26,255 nucleotides of DNA. Source: Oscillospiraceae bacterium. Lineage in GTDB: Bacteria > Bacillota > Clostridia > Oscillospirales > UBA929. A program made the position numbers and the translations under genes. Position 1 is the first letter of the stretch. Each line of letters begins with the position of its first letter. The notes beneath the pieces are model-generated. The model had not been told where the DNA came from. It ran no database searches and saw only the letters and a list, made by a program, of their open reading frames with translations. This document shows, in pieces, positions 7,890 through 16,411 of this stretch. The stretch is from NCBI GenBank assembly GCA_031546715.1, contig JAVBKA010000036.1, positions 1-26,255 on the forward strand, given 5' to 3'.

Positions 7890-9773
7890 ATGACATATAT
7901 CGCAGGAAAATTTGATATCGCCGTTATCGGCGCAGGACACGCAGGCATTGAAGCCGCATTGTCTTGCGCCCGTTTGGGTTGCTCGGTCGCACTGTTTTCT
8001 CTGTCCTTGGACACAGTGGGAAACCTGCCATGTAACCCAAGCATCGGCGGCAGTGCAAAGGGGCAGCTTGTTCGCGAAATAGATGCGCTGGGCGGCGAAA
8101 TGGCTCGAGCCGCTGACGAATGCTGCATTCAGTACCGTATGCTGAACTTAGGAAAAGGGCCTTCCGTCCATGCTATTAGGGCGCAAGCCGACCGTACAAG
8201 ATATCACATACGCATGAAAAGAACTCTTGAAAATCAGTCGGGGGTTACATTAAAACAGAGCGAAATTGTTAAAATAAACACTGAAGACGGTCGTGCATCT
8301 TCCGTGCTGACAGCTTCGGGTGCTACCTATGAGGTCAAGGCAGTTATCATCGCCAGCGGAACGTATTTGCAGGGCAAGCTCATAACAGGGGAAGATATTC
8401 GGTCAGGCGGTCCTGACGGTACATCCCCCGCCAACCAACTGTCAAGCTCGTTGTTGGAGCTTGGTATTCCACTTCGGCGGTTTAAAACAGGCACTCCCCC
8501 CAGAATTTTGGGGCGCAGTGTCGATTTTACCAAGCTTTCCCGACAGGACGGGGACGAAAACATGCCTCCGTTTTCCTTCACAACCACTGCACCTATTAAT
8601 AATACCGCCTGCTGCTGGCTTACGTATACCAACCCCGAAACCCATGAGATTTTGCGGTCAAATTTACACAGAAGCCCTCTGTTTTCGGGGGTTATCGAAG
8701 GCGTCGGACCTCGGTACTGCCCTTCCATAGAAGATAAAGTGGTGCGCTTTGCAGACAAGGAGCGTCATCCTGTGTTTTTAGAGCCCATGGGCGAGCTGAC
8801 GGACGAAATGTACTGTCAAGGGCTGTCCTCCTCCATGCCCGAAGAGGTGCAGGAGCAGGTACTGCACTCTATAGAGGGACTGGAAAACGCCGTTATTTGC
8901 CGCATTGGTTACGCCATCGAGTATGACTGTTGCGACCCCACGGTTTTACTGCCCACCTTGGAACTGAAAACCGTCAAGGGTATATACGGCGCGGGGCAGT
9001 TTTGCGGCTCGTCAGGTTATGAAGAGGCGGCGGCTCAAGGTCTGGTGGCGGGAATTAACGCCGCACTGTCAGTACTTGGACGTGAACCCTATGTAATGGA
9101 GCGGCAAGGCTCGTATATCGGAACGCTGATTGACGATTTAGTTACCCGCGGCACCAACGAGCCCTACCGCATGATGACCAGCCGCAGTGAAGTTAGAATG
9201 CTTCTGCGCCAAGACAATGCGGACATGCGCCTAACTCCAGACGGCTATAAGCTTGGGCTAATCAGCAAGGAACGTTATGAGAACATGCTTGAAAAATACA
9301 GGCGAATAGACGCTGAAATACAGCGTTTAGAGCGCGTAAATATACCCCCCAGTGGGGGGCTTAACGAGTATCTAACGCAAAAAGGCTCAACGGTAATTAC
9401 CACAGGAATTAAGCTCGCCGACCTTGTGCGCCGTCCCGAGCTTTCCTACGAAGGTCTTGCACCCTTTGACAATGACCGCGAGGTCATGACGGCCGCGGAA
9501 CGCGAGCAGGTTGAAATATCCATAAAATACGAAGGCTATATCCGCAGACAAAACAGCGGAATCGCCTCCGCCCGCAAAATGGAAAGCACGAAACTACCCG
9601 AGGACATCGACTATATGGCAATTAACGGACTGCGCATCGAGGCAAGACAAAAGCTCGCCTCAGTGCGTCCGTCCAATTTAGGTCAAGCATCAAGAATATC
9701 AGGGGTCAACCCGGCAGATATTACCGCGTTGATGATTTGGATGAAGAGAACCATTGAACCAAATGCACCCTAA
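7890..9773 (+). CDS. mnmG: tRNA uridine 5-carboxymethylaminomethyl modification enzyme MnmG (GidA).
   Basis: The 627-aa ORF has the N-terminal FAD-binding motif DIAVIGAGHAGIEAA, conserved GidA core motifs (PSIGGSAKGQL, GPRYCPSIEDK), and a C-terminal GidA-associated domain. Confidence 0.95.
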   Translation: MTYIAGKFDIAVIGAGHAGIEAALSCARLGCSVALFSLSLDTVGNLPCNPSIGGSAKGQLVREIDALGGEMARAADECCIQYRMLNLGKGPSVHAIRAQADRTRYHIRMKRTLENQSGVTLKQSEIVKINTEDGRASSVLTASGATYEVKAVIIASGTYLQGKLITGEDIRSGGPDGTSPANQLSSSLLELGIPLRRFKTGTPPRILGRSVDFTKLSRQDGDENMPPFSFTTTAPINNTACCWLTYTNPETHEILRSNLHRSPLFSGVIEGVGPRYCPSIEDKVVRFADKERHPVFLEPMGELTDEMYCQGLSSSMPEEVQEQVLHSIEGLENAVICRIGYAIEYDCCDPTVLLPTLELKTVKGIYGAGQFCGSSGYEEAAAQGLVAGINAALSVLGREPYVMERQGSYIGTLIDDLVTRGTNEPYRMMTSRSEVRMLLRQDNADMRLTPDGYKLGLISKERYENMLEKYRRIDAEIQRLERVNIPPSGGLNEYLTQKGSTVITTGIKLADLVRRPELSYEGLAPFDNDREVMTAAEREQVEISIKYEGYIRRQNSGIASARKMESTKLPEDIDYMAINGLRIEARQKLASVRPSNLGQASRISGVNPADITALMIWMKRTIEPNAP

Positions 9774-10414
9774 CTCTTTTCCCTATTTTTCAGCGAATAA
9801 TAATACGCCTTCTCAAAAACCCTAAGCTTGCTGTAGCAATTCTCAAGCTCCTCATAAAGCTCAGGCAGACGCATTGCCCCGATACTTCCCACAGGTAGCG
9901 ATTCGGCGAATTTCTGCTCGGCGTTTTCCATAATCAAGGACGCATCCTCATGCTGACCAAGCCTTGCAAAAGCCTTGCCTTGAACCAGCGCAGCTAAAAA
10001 CCGATTAGCGGCATATTTCGGGGCGAAATCTGCAAGCAAGGCCGCCGCACCGTCAGGATTATTATTAATAAGCATATGCTCCGCCTCTATAATGCGCAAT
10101 TCCTCGCCCTGCTGTTCCCAAAGAAGCTTTTTTTCGCCGAACAATGCGGCAAAATTCTCGTCCTTGATGTCAAGCTCAGCAAAAAGACTGTCATCAGACG
10201 ACTTTTCCCTTGAGAGCATATCATAATTCGATAGAAAATAGCCCGCAGGGAGCTGCAAAACAGAGGAGAGGTACTCCAGCGTCTTGACGGACGGGGTCGC
10301 ACTGTCGTTCTCTATCTTAGAAAGCATATTTCTTGTTATAAAGTCGCCAACGACCTCCTGTTGGGTCATTTGCTTCTCAAGACGGGTTTCTTTTATTCGT
10401 TGTCCTAATGTCAT
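9770..10414 (-). CDS. XRE-family HTH transcriptional regulator with a C-terminal TPR-like helical domain (RNPP/SinR-like architecture). It is divergent from the NfeD-flotillin operon.
   Basis: The N-terminal HTH_3 reads LGQRIKETRLEKQMTQQEVVGDFITRNMLSKIEND, and the C-terminal about 150 aa are helical. The preferred start is the ATG at 10414 (MTLGQ...) with an AGAAGGTG SD. The ATG at 10432 in the ORF track lacks an SD. The stop overlaps the mnmG stop (shared CTAA). Confidence 0.75.
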   Translation of the reverse strand: MTLGQRIKETRLEKQMTQQEVVGDFITRNMLSKIENDSATPSVKTLEYLSSVLQLPAGYFLSNYDMLSREKSSDDSLFAELDIKDENFAALFGEKKLLWEQQGEELRIIEAEHMLINNNPDGAAALLADFAPKYAANRFLAALVQGKAFARLGQHEDASLIMENAEQKFAESLPVGSIGAMRLPELYEELENCYSKLRVFEKAYYYSLKNREKS

Positions 10415-10433
10415 ATGCACACCTTCTTGCATA

Positions 10434-10448
10434 GTAAATTTAATTTAC
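10434..10448. promoter_or_regulatory. Perfect 7-1-7 dyad GTAAATT-T-AATTTAC. It overlaps the predicted TSS of the regulator's own promoter, so it is a candidate operator.
   Basis: Seen in sequence. An imperfect second copy GTAAcTT-A-AATTTAC lies at 10519-10533, between the nfeD -10 and SD. Confidence 0.5.
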
Positions 10449-10452
10449 AACC

Positions 10453-10481
10453 ATTGTATCATAGTTATTTTTCTTTTGCAA
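10453..10481 (-). promoter_or_regulatory. Promoter for the XRE regulator: -35 TTGCAA (10476-10481), 17-nt spacer, -10 TACAAT (rc of 10453-10458).
   Basis: Read on the minus strand. It lies back-to-back with the plus-strand nfeD promoter. Confidence 0.5.
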
Positions 10482-10485
10482 CAGC

Positions 10486-10514
10486 TTGACAAATGAAATT
10501 TTTTTGAATATAAT
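10486..10514 (+). promoter_or_regulatory. Consensus sigma-A promoter for the nfeD-dinJ-floT operon: TTGACA (10486-10491), 17-nt spacer, TATAAT (10509-10514).
   Basis: Perfect -35 and -10 hexamers at optimal spacing, read in sequence. Confidence 0.7.
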
Positions 10515-10518
10515 GTAG

Positions 10519-10533
10519 GTAACTTAAATTTAC
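10519..10533. promoter_or_regulatory. Imperfect second copy of the dyad, GTAACTTAAATTTAC, placed between the nfeD -10 and SD. Candidate operator.
   Basis: It matches 13 of 15 positions of the 10434-10448 dyad. Confidence 0.4.
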
Positions 10534-10547
10534 ATGGAGGTGTTCAC

Positions 10548-11195
10548 GTGTTTGCTTGGTTTGATGCGCTTCCTGTCCTTTCAAAAATATTCGTTGTGTG
10601 CGCCGCTCCTGCAACTATTATCTTGGTGATTCAGACGATTATGCTGTTTTTTGGTCATGGCGGCGATGCGTCGCTGGAAAGTGACGTATCTGGTATTCAT
10701 GACTTCGGCAGCCACGGTGCGGACTTCCATGCGGAGCTTAACGCACAGGATACAAGTATTCACGATACTGCCGATTTTGACGCAGCAGGCTTGCGCCTGT
10801 TTACAGTAAGAGGAATTTTCGCCTTTTTAGCCCTCGGCGGCTGGACAGGAGTTTTTTGCTTGGAAACAGGCATGAACCCTGTGCTTGCTATCTTTATAGC
10901 CTTTGTTGTGGGCGCGGCGTCTCTATATCTTCACGCTAAAATGATGCAATCTATGATGTCGCTTCAAGAAAGCGGAAATATTGACTATCGCAAAGCGTTA
11001 GGACGCAGTGCCAGCGTGTACCTGACAATCCCCGCAAGCGGCGGCGGTCAAGGCAAAATAAACGTCGAGCTGTCCGGCGCATTAGGCGAGTACTCAGCCG
11101 TTACAAATCAAAAACACGCCATAAAAACCGGAGCTATCGTCCGAATTGTTGACCTTATGGGCGATGTTTTTGTGGTTGAGCAGGATAAAATGTAA
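10548..11195 (+). CDS. NfeD-like membrane protein (N-terminal TM region plus C-terminal OB-fold). This is the flotillin partner.
   Basis: The 215-aa ORF has hydrophobic N-terminal and central segments and a C-terminal beta-rich GKINVELSGALGEYSAVTNQKHAIKTGAIVRIVDLMGDVFVVE typical of the NfeD OB-fold. It is a GTG start with a TGGAGGTG SD, and it lies directly upstream of an SPFH/flotillin gene. Confidence 0.75.
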   Translation: MFAWFDALPVLSKIFVVCAAPATIILVIQTIMLFFGHGGDASLESDVSGIHDFGSHGADFHAELNAQDTSIHDTADFDAAGLRLFTVRGIFAFLALGGWTGVFCLETGMNPVLAIFIAFVVGAASLYLHAKMMQSMMSLQESGNIDYRKALGRSASVYLTIPASGGGQGKINVELSGALGEYSAVTNQKHAIKTGAIVRIVDLMGDVFVVEQDKM

Positions 11196-11270
11196 TATCG
11201 GTTTTGTGGCGCATTTCAAATTGATACATTTTAATTACCGTAATTCAAATTAATGTAAGGGGTGAGTGTC

Positions 11271-11549
11271 ATGGCTAAAAATGCAAGTTTGTATATTCGG
11301 ACAGACCAAGAAACAAAGGATAACGCCGAAGCCCTGTTCTCAAGCTTTGGCATAACTGTAACTGATGCTGTAAACATGTTTTTAAAGAAGTCAATTATGG
11401 TTCACGGCTTACCCTTCGAGCTTAGGCAGGAAATACCCAACACTGAAACAATTGCCGCAATGGAAGAAGCCGATAGAATTAGCCGTGACCCCAGTGTAAA
11501 AGCTTACTCAGATGTTGACGAAATGATGAGGGAGCTGCTAGCGCATTAA
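11271..11549 (+). CDS. RelB/DinJ-family type II antitoxin-like protein. No cognate toxin gene is adjacent.
   Basis: The 92-aa MAKNASLYIRTDQETKDNAEALFSSFGITVTDAVNMFLKKSIMVHGLPFELRQEIPNTETIAAMEEA aligns closely with E. coli DinJ (NAFVRARIDEDLKNQAADVLAGMGLTISDLVRITLTKVAREKALPFDLR...). The ATG at 11271 has an AAGGGGTGA SD. Confidence 0.8.
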   Translation: MAKNASLYIRTDQETKDNAEALFSSFGITVTDAVNMFLKKSIMVHGLPFELRQEIPNTETIAAMEEADRISRDPSVKAYSDVDEMMRELLAH

Positions 11550-11576
11550 TTATTATTAATATGAGGAGTGAATATC

Positions 11577-12998
11577 ATGCCGTTGCTTTCTTCTGGGTTA
11601 ACACCATCCGCACTACTGGGCTTAATCATCATTCTGGCGGTCATAATTTTTCTATCTGGCTTTGTTCTGATAGCATCCCGTTACCGCAAATGTCCCTCGG
11701 ACAAGATTTTGGTTATCTACGGCAAGGTTGGCTCAAACAAAGAGGGCGGCATCCGCAGTGCAAAATGTATTCACGGCGGCGCGGCCTTTATTGTGCCTAT
11801 TATCCAAAGCTATCAGTATCTGGACCTTACGCCTATCTCCATCAGCGTTGACCTTCGCAATGCGCTGTCTCGCCAAAACATCCGAATTGACGTACCTTCA
11901 CGGTTTACCGTTGGTATTTCCACTGAGCCGGGTGTTATTCAAAACGCCGCCGAGCGTCTACTAGGGCTGAAGCTTGCAGAGGTTCAAGAGCTTGCAAAGG
12001 ATATTTTGTTCGGTCAGCTCCGTCTTGTGGTTGCCACCATGGACATTGAAGAAATTAACACAAACAGAGATAAATTCCTTGAAGCTGTTTCAATTAACGT
12101 TGAAAGTGAACTTAAGAAAATCGGTTTGCGTCTGATTAACGTCAACGTAACGGACATCTCCGACGAATCAGGCTATATCGAAGCTCTTGGTAAGGAAGCC
12201 GCCGCACAGGCAATCAACGATGCTAAGAAAAGCGTCGCCGAAAAAGACCGTGACGGTACTATCGGTCAAGCCAACGCTATGCGTGACCAGCGTATCAGCG
12301 TTTCAATGTCTAACTCAGACGCTGTTAAGGGCGAAAACGAAGCTAAAATCAATATCGCTAACTCAGACGCTATACGCCGTGAGCGTGAAGCCGAGGCACT
12401 GAGACGTGCCACCGCCGCAGAAAAGGTTCAAACCGCTAAAGCCTTAGAAGAAGCCTACGCCGCCGAGCAAATGGCGGAATCTGCCCGTGCCGCTCGTGAA
12501 CAAGCGTCCATGGAGGCTGACTTGATTGTTAAGGCAGAGATTGAAAAGAGAACTATTGAAATCGCCGCCGAAGCCGAAGCTGAACAAAACCGCCGTATCG
12601 CTCGCGGTGACGCTGACGCTATATTTGCCCGAATGGAAGCTCAAGCCCGTGGTACTGAGGAGATTCTCGTCCGTCAAGCTGCCGGACTTATGAAAATAGT
12701 CGAAGCCGCACACGGCGATGTTAACGGCGCAGTACGTATGATGATTGCCGACAAGCTGGAAGAGCTTGTTAAAACCCAAGTGGATGCCATTTCTAATCTC
12801 AAAATCGATAAAATTACCGTCTGGGATTCAGGCGCACAAAAGGACGGCAAAAACGCCACCGCCGGCTTTGTGTCAGGCTTGATGCAATCCTTGCCGCCGC
12901 TTAACGACCTATACAAAATGGCGGGACTGCAAATGCCCGATGTTATAAACGTCGAGCCGAAGGAAGTGGCGGCTACGGTGGACGCACCTGCGAAGTAG
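11577..12998 (+). CDS. Flotillin-like SPFH/band-7 protein (FloT/YuaG-type).
   Basis: It has an N-terminal TM/hairpin (LLGLIIILAVIIFLSGFVLIA), an SPFH domain, and a long Ala/Glu-rich coiled-coil flotillin region (EAEALRRATAAEKVQTAKALEEAYAAEQMAE...). The ATG at 11577 has a GAGGAG SD at a 7-nt spacing. The GTG at 11568 in the ORF track lies inside the SD. Confidence 0.88.
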   Translation: MPLLSSGLTPSALLGLIIILAVIIFLSGFVLIASRYRKCPSDKILVIYGKVGSNKEGGIRSAKCIHGGAAFIVPIIQSYQYLDLTPISISVDLRNALSRQNIRIDVPSRFTVGISTEPGVIQNAAERLLGLKLAEVQELAKDILFGQLRLVVATMDIEEINTNRDKFLEAVSINVESELKKIGLRLINVNVTDISDESGYIEALGKEAAAQAINDAKKSVAEKDRDGTIGQANAMRDQRISVSMSNSDAVKGENEAKINIANSDAIRREREAEALRRATAAEKVQTAKALEEAYAAEQMAESARAAREQASMEADLIVKAEIEKRTIEIAAEAEAEQNRRIARGDADAIFARMEAQARGTEEILVRQAAGLMKIVEAAHGDVNGAVRMMIADKLEELVKTQVDAISNLKIDKITVWDSGAQKDGKNATAGFVSGLMQSLPPLNDLYKMAGLQMPDVINVEPKEVAATVDAPAK

Positions 12999-13057
12999 GG
13001 GCGTTTTGCGGTGGACTGTGCATAATTGACTGTTGACATTTTTTGAATTTATAAATA

Positions 13058-13098
13058 AAGGGTGTCGTAGTGTAAGCTGAGGCACCCTTTTGTGTTTT
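13058..13098 (+). terminator. Probable intrinsic terminator of the nfeD-dinJ-floT operon.
   Basis: Stem AAAGGGTG...CACCCTTTT with a large loop, followed by TTTTGTGTTTT. Confidence 0.5.
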
Positions 13099-13142
13099 AC
13101 GAGAACTGTTACATCAATTTTTTAAGATTGGGGTAGATTATT

Positions 13143-13877
13143 TTGATTAGTAGAAAAATCATGTCGGCTTTCCTGTGTACGGCTTTCCTACTACTGCTAT
13201 CGAGCTGTGTTCCCTCAACTACCCCTGACCCAGATGCTATACCAGAGACGCCTGACGTAGCAATATCGTCTGAAAGTCCTTCGCCGACATCAAGCACCAA
13301 TAATAACCACACTTCTGTTTCAAAGGGCGAAATAGAAACAGGACTTATTTTTAATTCCGACACAGCGGCAAAAGGCACAGCCCAGATAGATTCATTTAAT
13401 GACGGAGATTCGCCGTATTCTCAATTGCTTGTTACTTTAGGTGACGGCACTGAGCTTACCAAAATTTTTGACGGTGTATACTATCCAAGAATTTCAGTTG
13501 GAAATCTCGACGATGAAATTGATGACGAGATTGCAGTATTTCTTGAAGCTTTCGGCAGCAATTATGGCGGAGGAACAGCCATAGTATTAAAAATAAAAGA
13601 AAATGAAATTGTAGAATTGCATTCCCCATATGAAGCGACAAATGAAGATGGGTTTAGTTTTACAATAATTGACAAAAATTTGAACGATGGCGTTTTGATA
13701 GCCATTGATGGGTCACTAAAGCTTTATGAGTTTATTAAAGACGCCCCCTCCAGATATCTGTCAATGCGTCTGGATGGCAGTAACTGGCGTATTTTTTCTG
13801 CTGGATACGGCAACCCAATCAGCGGTGTGGAAGACGTCAATCCCGATTTACTTGATTTATATGGGTTTAATAGTTAA
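13143..13877 (+). CDS. Hypothetical secreted lipoprotein of about 27 kDa. It has an acidic DDEIDDEI segment.
   Basis: The N-terminal signal peptide MISRKIMSAFLCTAFLLLLSSC ends in a lipobox LSSC, followed by a Pro/Ser/Thr-rich linker. The start is a TTG at 13143 or an ATG at 13161. Confidence 0.6.
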   Translation: MISRKIMSAFLCTAFLLLLSSCVPSTTPDPDAIPETPDVAISSESPSPTSSTNNNHTSVSKGEIETGLIFNSDTAAKGTAQIDSFNDGDSPYSQLLVTLGDGTELTKIFDGVYYPRISVGNLDDEIDDEIAVFLEAFGSNYGGGTAIVLKIKENEIVELHSPYEATNEDGFSFTIIDKNLNDGVLIAIDGSLKLYEFIKDAPSRYLSMRLDGSNWRIFSAGYGNPISGVEDVNPDLLDLYGFNS

Positions 13878-13965
13878 ACTTCACACCACCTTCAATACCG
13901 TATTCGCTAGAAAACTAACCCATATTCGCAAGCAAATAAGTTCTTTCATTACAGCGTTTAAACTT

Positions 13966-13999
13966 GACAGTAAAATCTTTTGATTTTACTGTCTTTTTA
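13966..13999 (+). terminator. Rho-independent terminator after the lipoprotein gene.
   Basis: Perfect 12-bp stem GACAGTAAAATC / GATTTTACTGTC with loop TTTT, followed by TTTTTAT. Confidence 0.8.
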
Positions 14000-14046
14000 T
14001 GTTACTATATGTCTAATACCATTCGCAACTAAATCCGAAAGGGTGT

Positions 14047-15105
14047 ATGTCAGTGAAGGAGCTAATTGTTGCCGTTAATGATGTCAAGCATAATTTAGAG
14101 GTTGTAAGGGAAAAGACCGCGGCTAAAATTATTGCGGTGGTCAAGTCTGACGCATACGGACTTGGCTTGCTGCAAATGACCCGTCTGCTCTACGAGCTGG
14201 GAGTTCGCTTTTTTGCAGTGGGTGAACCGAGAGAAGGTGTGCTTTTACGGGAAAACGGCTTTACTGACATTGACATACTTTTGCTTCGCTCAACCTCCGC
14301 CCCTGACGAAATTAACCTGATGCTGGATTTTAACATAATCGCCACAATCGGCAGTCAGGACGCAGCTATGGCACTGTCAGGCATTGCGGAAGCCCGAAGC
14401 ACTGTGGCGTCAGCCCACATTAAAATCGACACTGGCTTTGGACGGTACGGCTTTCTCCCATCGGAGACTGAGAAGGTTACGGGAATTTATCGTTATATGC
14501 ATTCCATCTCCGTGGAAGGGATTTACACTCAACTCGATTCCCACAAATCCCATAAGCGCGCGTTGGCGCAAACCGCCGTCTTTGACGAGGTGCTAAAAAC
14601 ACTGCACAGCCAGTCACTGGAAACAGGTCTAGTCCATGCGGTTTCCTCCACAATGCTATTTCGTTTTCGTGATTTGCCTCATTATGACGCAGTGCGAATT
14701 GGTGCGGCTATAGGCGGGCAAATAAAGGGCAAAACAGGGCTTAAGCATATAGGCTTTATCTCCTCCTCCATTACTGACCAACGGTGGATTCCGCAGGGTG
14801 CGGTGGTTTCGGGAGAAAAGGTGCACAAGTCTATGAAAGTCGGTATCGTTCCTGTGGGCTATGCTGACGGAATTGGCATACGCAAGCCAGTATTTACAAA
14901 GCGGGAGCTTCTCGCCGAATGCTACCGCAGACTGTTTTCCACAATGCCTCAAGCTCGCTTTTCAGATGGCAAAAGGGCGAAAATAATCGGGAGAATCGGT
15001 CAAAACCATCTGATAGTTGACATTTCCAAAAACGAAACCTCAAAAAAGGTAATCATCGTTGCAGACGCATTGTTTTGCTCAAAAATTATAAAGCGTTATG
15101 AGTAA
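14047..15105 (+). CDS. alr: Alanine racemase (PLP-dependent fold-type III).
   Basis: The 352-aa ORF has the PLP-lysine motif AVVKSDAYGLG (canonical AVVKANAYGHG) and overall Alr N-barrel and C-terminal beta-domain architecture. Confidence 0.85.
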   Translation: MSVKELIVAVNDVKHNLEVVREKTAAKIIAVVKSDAYGLGLLQMTRLLYELGVRFFAVGEPREGVLLRENGFTDIDILLLRSTSAPDEINLMLDFNIIATIGSQDAAMALSGIAEARSTVASAHIKIDTGFGRYGFLPSETEKVTGIYRYMHSISVEGIYTQLDSHKSHKRALAQTAVFDEVLKTLHSQSLETGLVHAVSSTMLFRFRDLPHYDAVRIGAAIGGQIKGKTGLKHIGFISSSITDQRWIPQGAVVSGEKVHKSMKVGIVPVGYADGIGIRKPVFTKRELLAECYRRLFSTMPQARFSDGKRAKIIGRIGQNHLIVDISKNETSKKVIIVADALFCSKIIKRYE

Positions 15106-16369
15106 CACTCCCTTGCTTGACGCACTCAACTCTTACGCCCAAGCGGGCAGACATCGCTACCACATGCCTGGGCACAAGGGTCACATGCCCCACCCCTTTG
15201 ACGCCGCCGCCCGCATTGATTTTACGGAGCTTGACGGCACAGGAAACCTCTACACTGAGGAAAACGGCGCAATTAGACATTCCGAAGCCTTAATGGCAAA
15301 GGTATACGGCGCAGAGGACTGCTTATACCTGACAGGGGGCGCAACCCAAGGCATTTTTGCCATGCTTGCGGCGGTTACAAAATCTGGCGAACGGGTTGCA
15401 ATAGACAGAGCCTGTCACAAAAGCATATTCCACGCTATGGCGATGCTGGATTTACAGCCTGTCTACATCACCAGAAAACGGCTTTACCCCTTCGGAATAA
15501 ATACCCCTGTTGATTCTGAAATACCTGACGGTGTCTCATGCGCACTTATAACCTCGCCCACATATTATGGAGTACTGTCAAGAGTACAGTCTGCAAAATG
15601 CCCCATATTGTACGACGCGGCTCACGGAGCGCATTTGCGCTTTACCAACGGCGTGATGCCTGATGCCGACATTTCAGTAATCTCAGCCCATAAAACCTTG
15701 AATGCCTTGGGGCAAGCCGCTTTCTTGCTGTGCAAGGCTGAATACAGCCAACGGTTACGGCATTTTACCAGCGTTTTCGGCACTTCCTCGCCGTCATACC
15801 CCATATTAGCGTCCCTAGACCAAGCGCAGGCGGACTTAACAGCGTCAGGTCAGGAGGCATGGGGAGCGGTGGCACGATTTGCGGATGGATTAAGGGCGAA
15901 ATATCCTAATCTGCTAAACGGCGATATCTTCCCCATAGACAAGGGCAGACTTTGTTTGTTCACAGGCAACGGTTACCGTGACGCACTGCGCTTTGAACGG
16001 GAATTTAACGTCACCGCCGAAATGGCTGACGAGCTGAATGTAGTATTCATTCTGTCTCCTAATGACACTAGGGAGAGTATGGCGGCTCTTGAACGTGCCA
16101 TCGCCTCAGTAAAAACGGAGCTACCCAAGCCGAAAATACTTGCGCCTCTGCCCTTGCCCGAGCAGGTGTGTTCGCCTCGAAACGCCCTGTTTTCAAGGAG
16201 TGTAGAGGTTTCGTTAGAGGATAGCGAGGGGCGTATTGCCGCTCGTCCTCTTGCGCCCTATCCCCCCGGTGTACCCGTTGTTGCACCCGGAGAAAAAATC
16301 GACAAAAAATATATCGAAATTTTGAAAAACTTATGTTATAATAACAGTGCAGATGTGCTAGAGGACTAG
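15098..16369 (+). CDS. Orn/Lys/Arg decarboxylase-family PLP enzyme (YaaO/SpeA-like small decarboxylase).
   Basis: It has the YHMPGHKG motif characteristic of OKR_DC_1 and the PLP-lysine SAHKTL. It overlaps the alr stop by 8 nt, which indicates translational coupling. Confidence 0.8.
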   Translation: MSNTPLLDALNSYAQAGRHRYHMPGHKGHMPHPFDAAARIDFTELDGTGNLYTEENGAIRHSEALMAKVYGAEDCLYLTGGATQGIFAMLAAVTKSGERVAIDRACHKSIFHAMAMLDLQPVYITRKRLYPFGINTPVDSEIPDGVSCALITSPTYYGVLSRVQSAKCPILYDAAHGAHLRFTNGVMPDADISVISAHKTLNALGQAAFLLCKAEYSQRLRHFTSVFGTSSPSYPILASLDQAQADLTASGQEAWGAVARFADGLRAKYPNLLNGDIFPIDKGRLCLFTGNGYRDALRFEREFNVTAEMADELNVVFILSPNDTRESMAALERAIASVKTELPKPKILAPLPLPEQVCSPRNALFSRSVEVSLEDSEGRIAARPLAPYPPGVPVVAPGEKIDKKYIEILKNLCYNNSADVLED

Positions 16370-16411
16370 AAACCTCGGCGAATGCTGTAAAAATTTAAAG
16401 GTGGCGATACT

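Noticed and set aside
11561-11964. ORFs overlapping the 5' end of the flotillin gene (11561-11851, 11728-11964), considered as a possible missing RelE/YafQ-type toxin partner of the DinJ-like antitoxin.
   Set aside because: They are out of frame with a well-supported flotillin CDS. They show no resemblance to RelE/YafQ/ParE folds or conserved residues. They are Trp/Cys/Arg-rich, which is typical of off-frame translation.
13026-13056. Promoter-like TTGACT-18-TATAAAT (with an adjacent TTGACA) between the flotillin stop and its terminator hairpin.
   Set aside because: A transcript from here would start inside the terminator stem, and nothing is encoded before the hairpin. It is most likely a chance AT-rich match. 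At most it could be a weak promoter for the downstream lipoprotein gene.
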